Shown here: positions 62,425-64,000 of the stretch, in pieces
How positions within the stretch are numbered: the first letter of the stretch is position 1
How the letters are laid out: each line of letters starts with the position of its first letter
DNA from: Escherichia phage JY01
DNA length: 64,000 bases
Sequence record: OR995200.1
Reading direction: 5' to 3' (one strand)
Translations under genes and position numbers: made by a program
Notes under the pieces: generated by a model
Told to the model about the DNA's origin: nothing
Seen by the model: only the letters and a program-made list of their open reading frames with translations
Database searches by the model: none

Positions 62425-64000
62425 TGAAACAAAATATTAATATCGGTAATGTTGTAGATGATGGTACCGGTGACTACCTGCGTAAAGGTGGTATAAAAAT
62501 AAATGAAAACTTTGATGAGCTTTATTATGAACTCGGTGATGGTAATGTTCCATATTCAGCCGGTGCTTGGAAAACTTATAATGCTTCATCTGGGCAAACA
62601 TTAAAAGCTGAATGGGGAAAATCATACGCTATTAATACTTCGTCTGGAAGAGTAACACTGCAACTTCCTAAAGGAACTGTTAATGATTATAATAAAGTAA
62701 TTAGAGCTAGGGATGTATTTGCAACATGGAATGTTAATCCAGTTACTTTAGTAGCCGCTTCTGGTGATACTATCAAAGGATCATCGTCATCGGTTGAAAT
62801 TAACGTTCAATTTAGTGATTTAGAGCTAGTTTATTGCGCTCCGGGCCGTTGGGAATATGTCAAAAATAAACAAATTGACAAAATTATTAGTTCAGACATT
62901 AGCAATGTAGCTCGTAAAGAATTTTTAGTCGAAGTTCAAGGACAAACAGACTTTTTAGATATTTTCCGTGGAACTAGTTATAATGTTAATAACATCAGAG
63001 TAAAACACCGCGGTAATGAATTGTATTACGGCGATGTTTTTAGCGAAAATAGCGACTTTGGTTCTCCTGGAGAAAATGAAGGCGAATTAGTTCCTCTTGA
63101 TGGATTTAATATTCGATTAAGACAGCCTTGTAATATTGGTGACACTGTTCAAATTGAAACATTTATGGATGGTGTATCACAATGGAGAAGTTCATATACA
63201 AGACGCCAAATAAAAGTATTAGATTCAAAATTAACGTCAAAAACTTCTTTAGAAGGAAGTATTTACGTTACTGATTTATCAACAATGAAATCAATTCCAT
63301 TCTCTGCATTTGGATTAATTCCTGGAGAACCTATTAATCCTAATTCTCTTGAAGTTCGTTTTAATGGAATTTTACAACAACAAGCTGGAACAGCTGGATA
63401 TCCTCTGTTTTTGTGTGAAGGCGCTAGTTCAGATACGCAAGAAGGATGTATATCTCTTGGTGGTGAATGGAAAGAATCAAACACAGATTATTCTATAGAA
63501 TATGAAGATGGAAAACCTACCAGTCTTTTATTTGATAGAAAATTTGAATCAGGCGATATAATCGTTATAACGTGGTTCAATAATGATTTAGGAACTCTTT
63601 TAGAAAAAGATGACATCATTGAATTGACTGATGACCGTTATGTTAGCAAAGGATCATCTACCGAAGTTACTGGTGATGTAGCCTTAACTGATTTTGATAA
63701 AATCGGTTGGCCAAATGTTGAAAAAGTTGATTCTTATACTAGAACATATAATTCAATATCATCTATTTTCGATAGCATTTATCCCATTGGTTCAATTTAT
63801 GAAAATGCTATAAACCCAAATAATCCGGTGACTTATATGGGGTTTGGTTCATGGAAATTATTTGGTAAAGGACAAGTTTTAGTAGGATGGAATGATGATG
63901 TTACGGATCCAAACTTTGCATTAAATAACAATGATTTAGATTCTAGCGGAAATCCTTCGCATACTGCCGGTGGAACAGTTGGAACAACATCAGTGACACT
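62424..64000 (+). CDS. 10: Baseplate wedge/short tail fiber attachment protein, 3-prime truncated by window end
   Basis: ATG 62424-62426 overlapping gene 9 stop; frame open to window end. Confidence 0.8.
   Translation, partial: MKQNINIGNVVDDGTGDYLRKGGIKINENFDELYYELGDGNVPYSAGAWKTYNASSGQTLKAEWGKSYAINTSSGRVTLQLPKGTVNDYNKVIRARDVFATWNVNPVTLVAASGDTIKGSSSSVEINVQFSDLELVYCAPGRWEYVKNKQIDKIISSDISNVARKEFLVEVQGQTDFLDIFRGTSYNVNNIRVKHRGNELYYGDVFSENSDFGSPGENEGELVPLDGFNIRLRQPCNIGDTVQIETFMDGVSQWRSSYTRRQIKVLDSKLTSKTSLEGSIYVTDLSTMKSIPFSAFGLIPGEPINPNSLEVRFNGILQQQAGTAGYPLFLCEGASSDTQEGCISLGGEWKESNTDYSIEYEDGKPTSLLFDRKFESGDIIVITWFNNDLGTLLEKDDIIELTDDRYVSKGSSTEVTGDVALTDFDKIGWPNVEKVDSYTRTYNSISSIFDSIYPIGSIYENAINPNNPVTYMGFGSWKLFGKGQVLVGWNDDVTDPNFALNNNDLDSSGNPSHTAGGTVGTTSVT

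Noticed and set aside
62437-63484. Minus-strand ORFs (62437-62625, 63263-63484) inside gene 10
   Set aside because: Antisense to the gene 10 frame that runs open to the window end.

Overview
This window reads as a contiguous piece of a T4-like myovirus (T-even type) genome, based on my recall of T4 protein sequences and gene order; no search was run. Positions 1-52240 are almost entirely minus-strand early/middle genes: dCMP hydroxymethylase (42), imm, DNA polymerase (43), regA, clamp loader (62/44), sliding clamp (45), rpbA, recombination nuclease (46/47), alpha-glucosyltransferase, late sigma factor (55), anaerobic ribonucleotide reductase (nrdD/nrdG), endonuclease VII (49), nrdC, rI, thymidine kinase, regB, denV, lysozyme e, nudE, a tRNA cluster, 57B/57A and genes 1, 3, 2, 4. 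Positions 52287-64000 are plus-strand late baseplate genes 53, 5, 5.4, 6, 7, 8, 9 and the start of 10. It is a close relative of T4 rather than T4 itself: nrdD is one uninterrupted ORF (no intron), I could not find homing-endonuclease ORFs where I recall T4 carrying mobD and segB, and the tRNA cluster has 11 genes (adding His, Asn, Tyr to the eight I recall for T4). I found no single clear-cut new system. The best candidates are in the accessory blocks: at least eight copies of a conserved early-promoter/leader cassette, a promoter-to-terminator two-gene module (P-loop ATPase plus Pol-beta-type nucleotidyltransferase), tandem paralog families, three capsid-targeting-signal (internal-protein-like) genes, a macro-domain protein, a possible PspA-like coiled-coil protein and an array of small membrane proteins sharing a C-terminal motif. 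All functional calls rest on motifs read by eye and on memory of T4; CDS starts were adjusted where an internal ATG with a Shine-Dalgarno sequence was evident.
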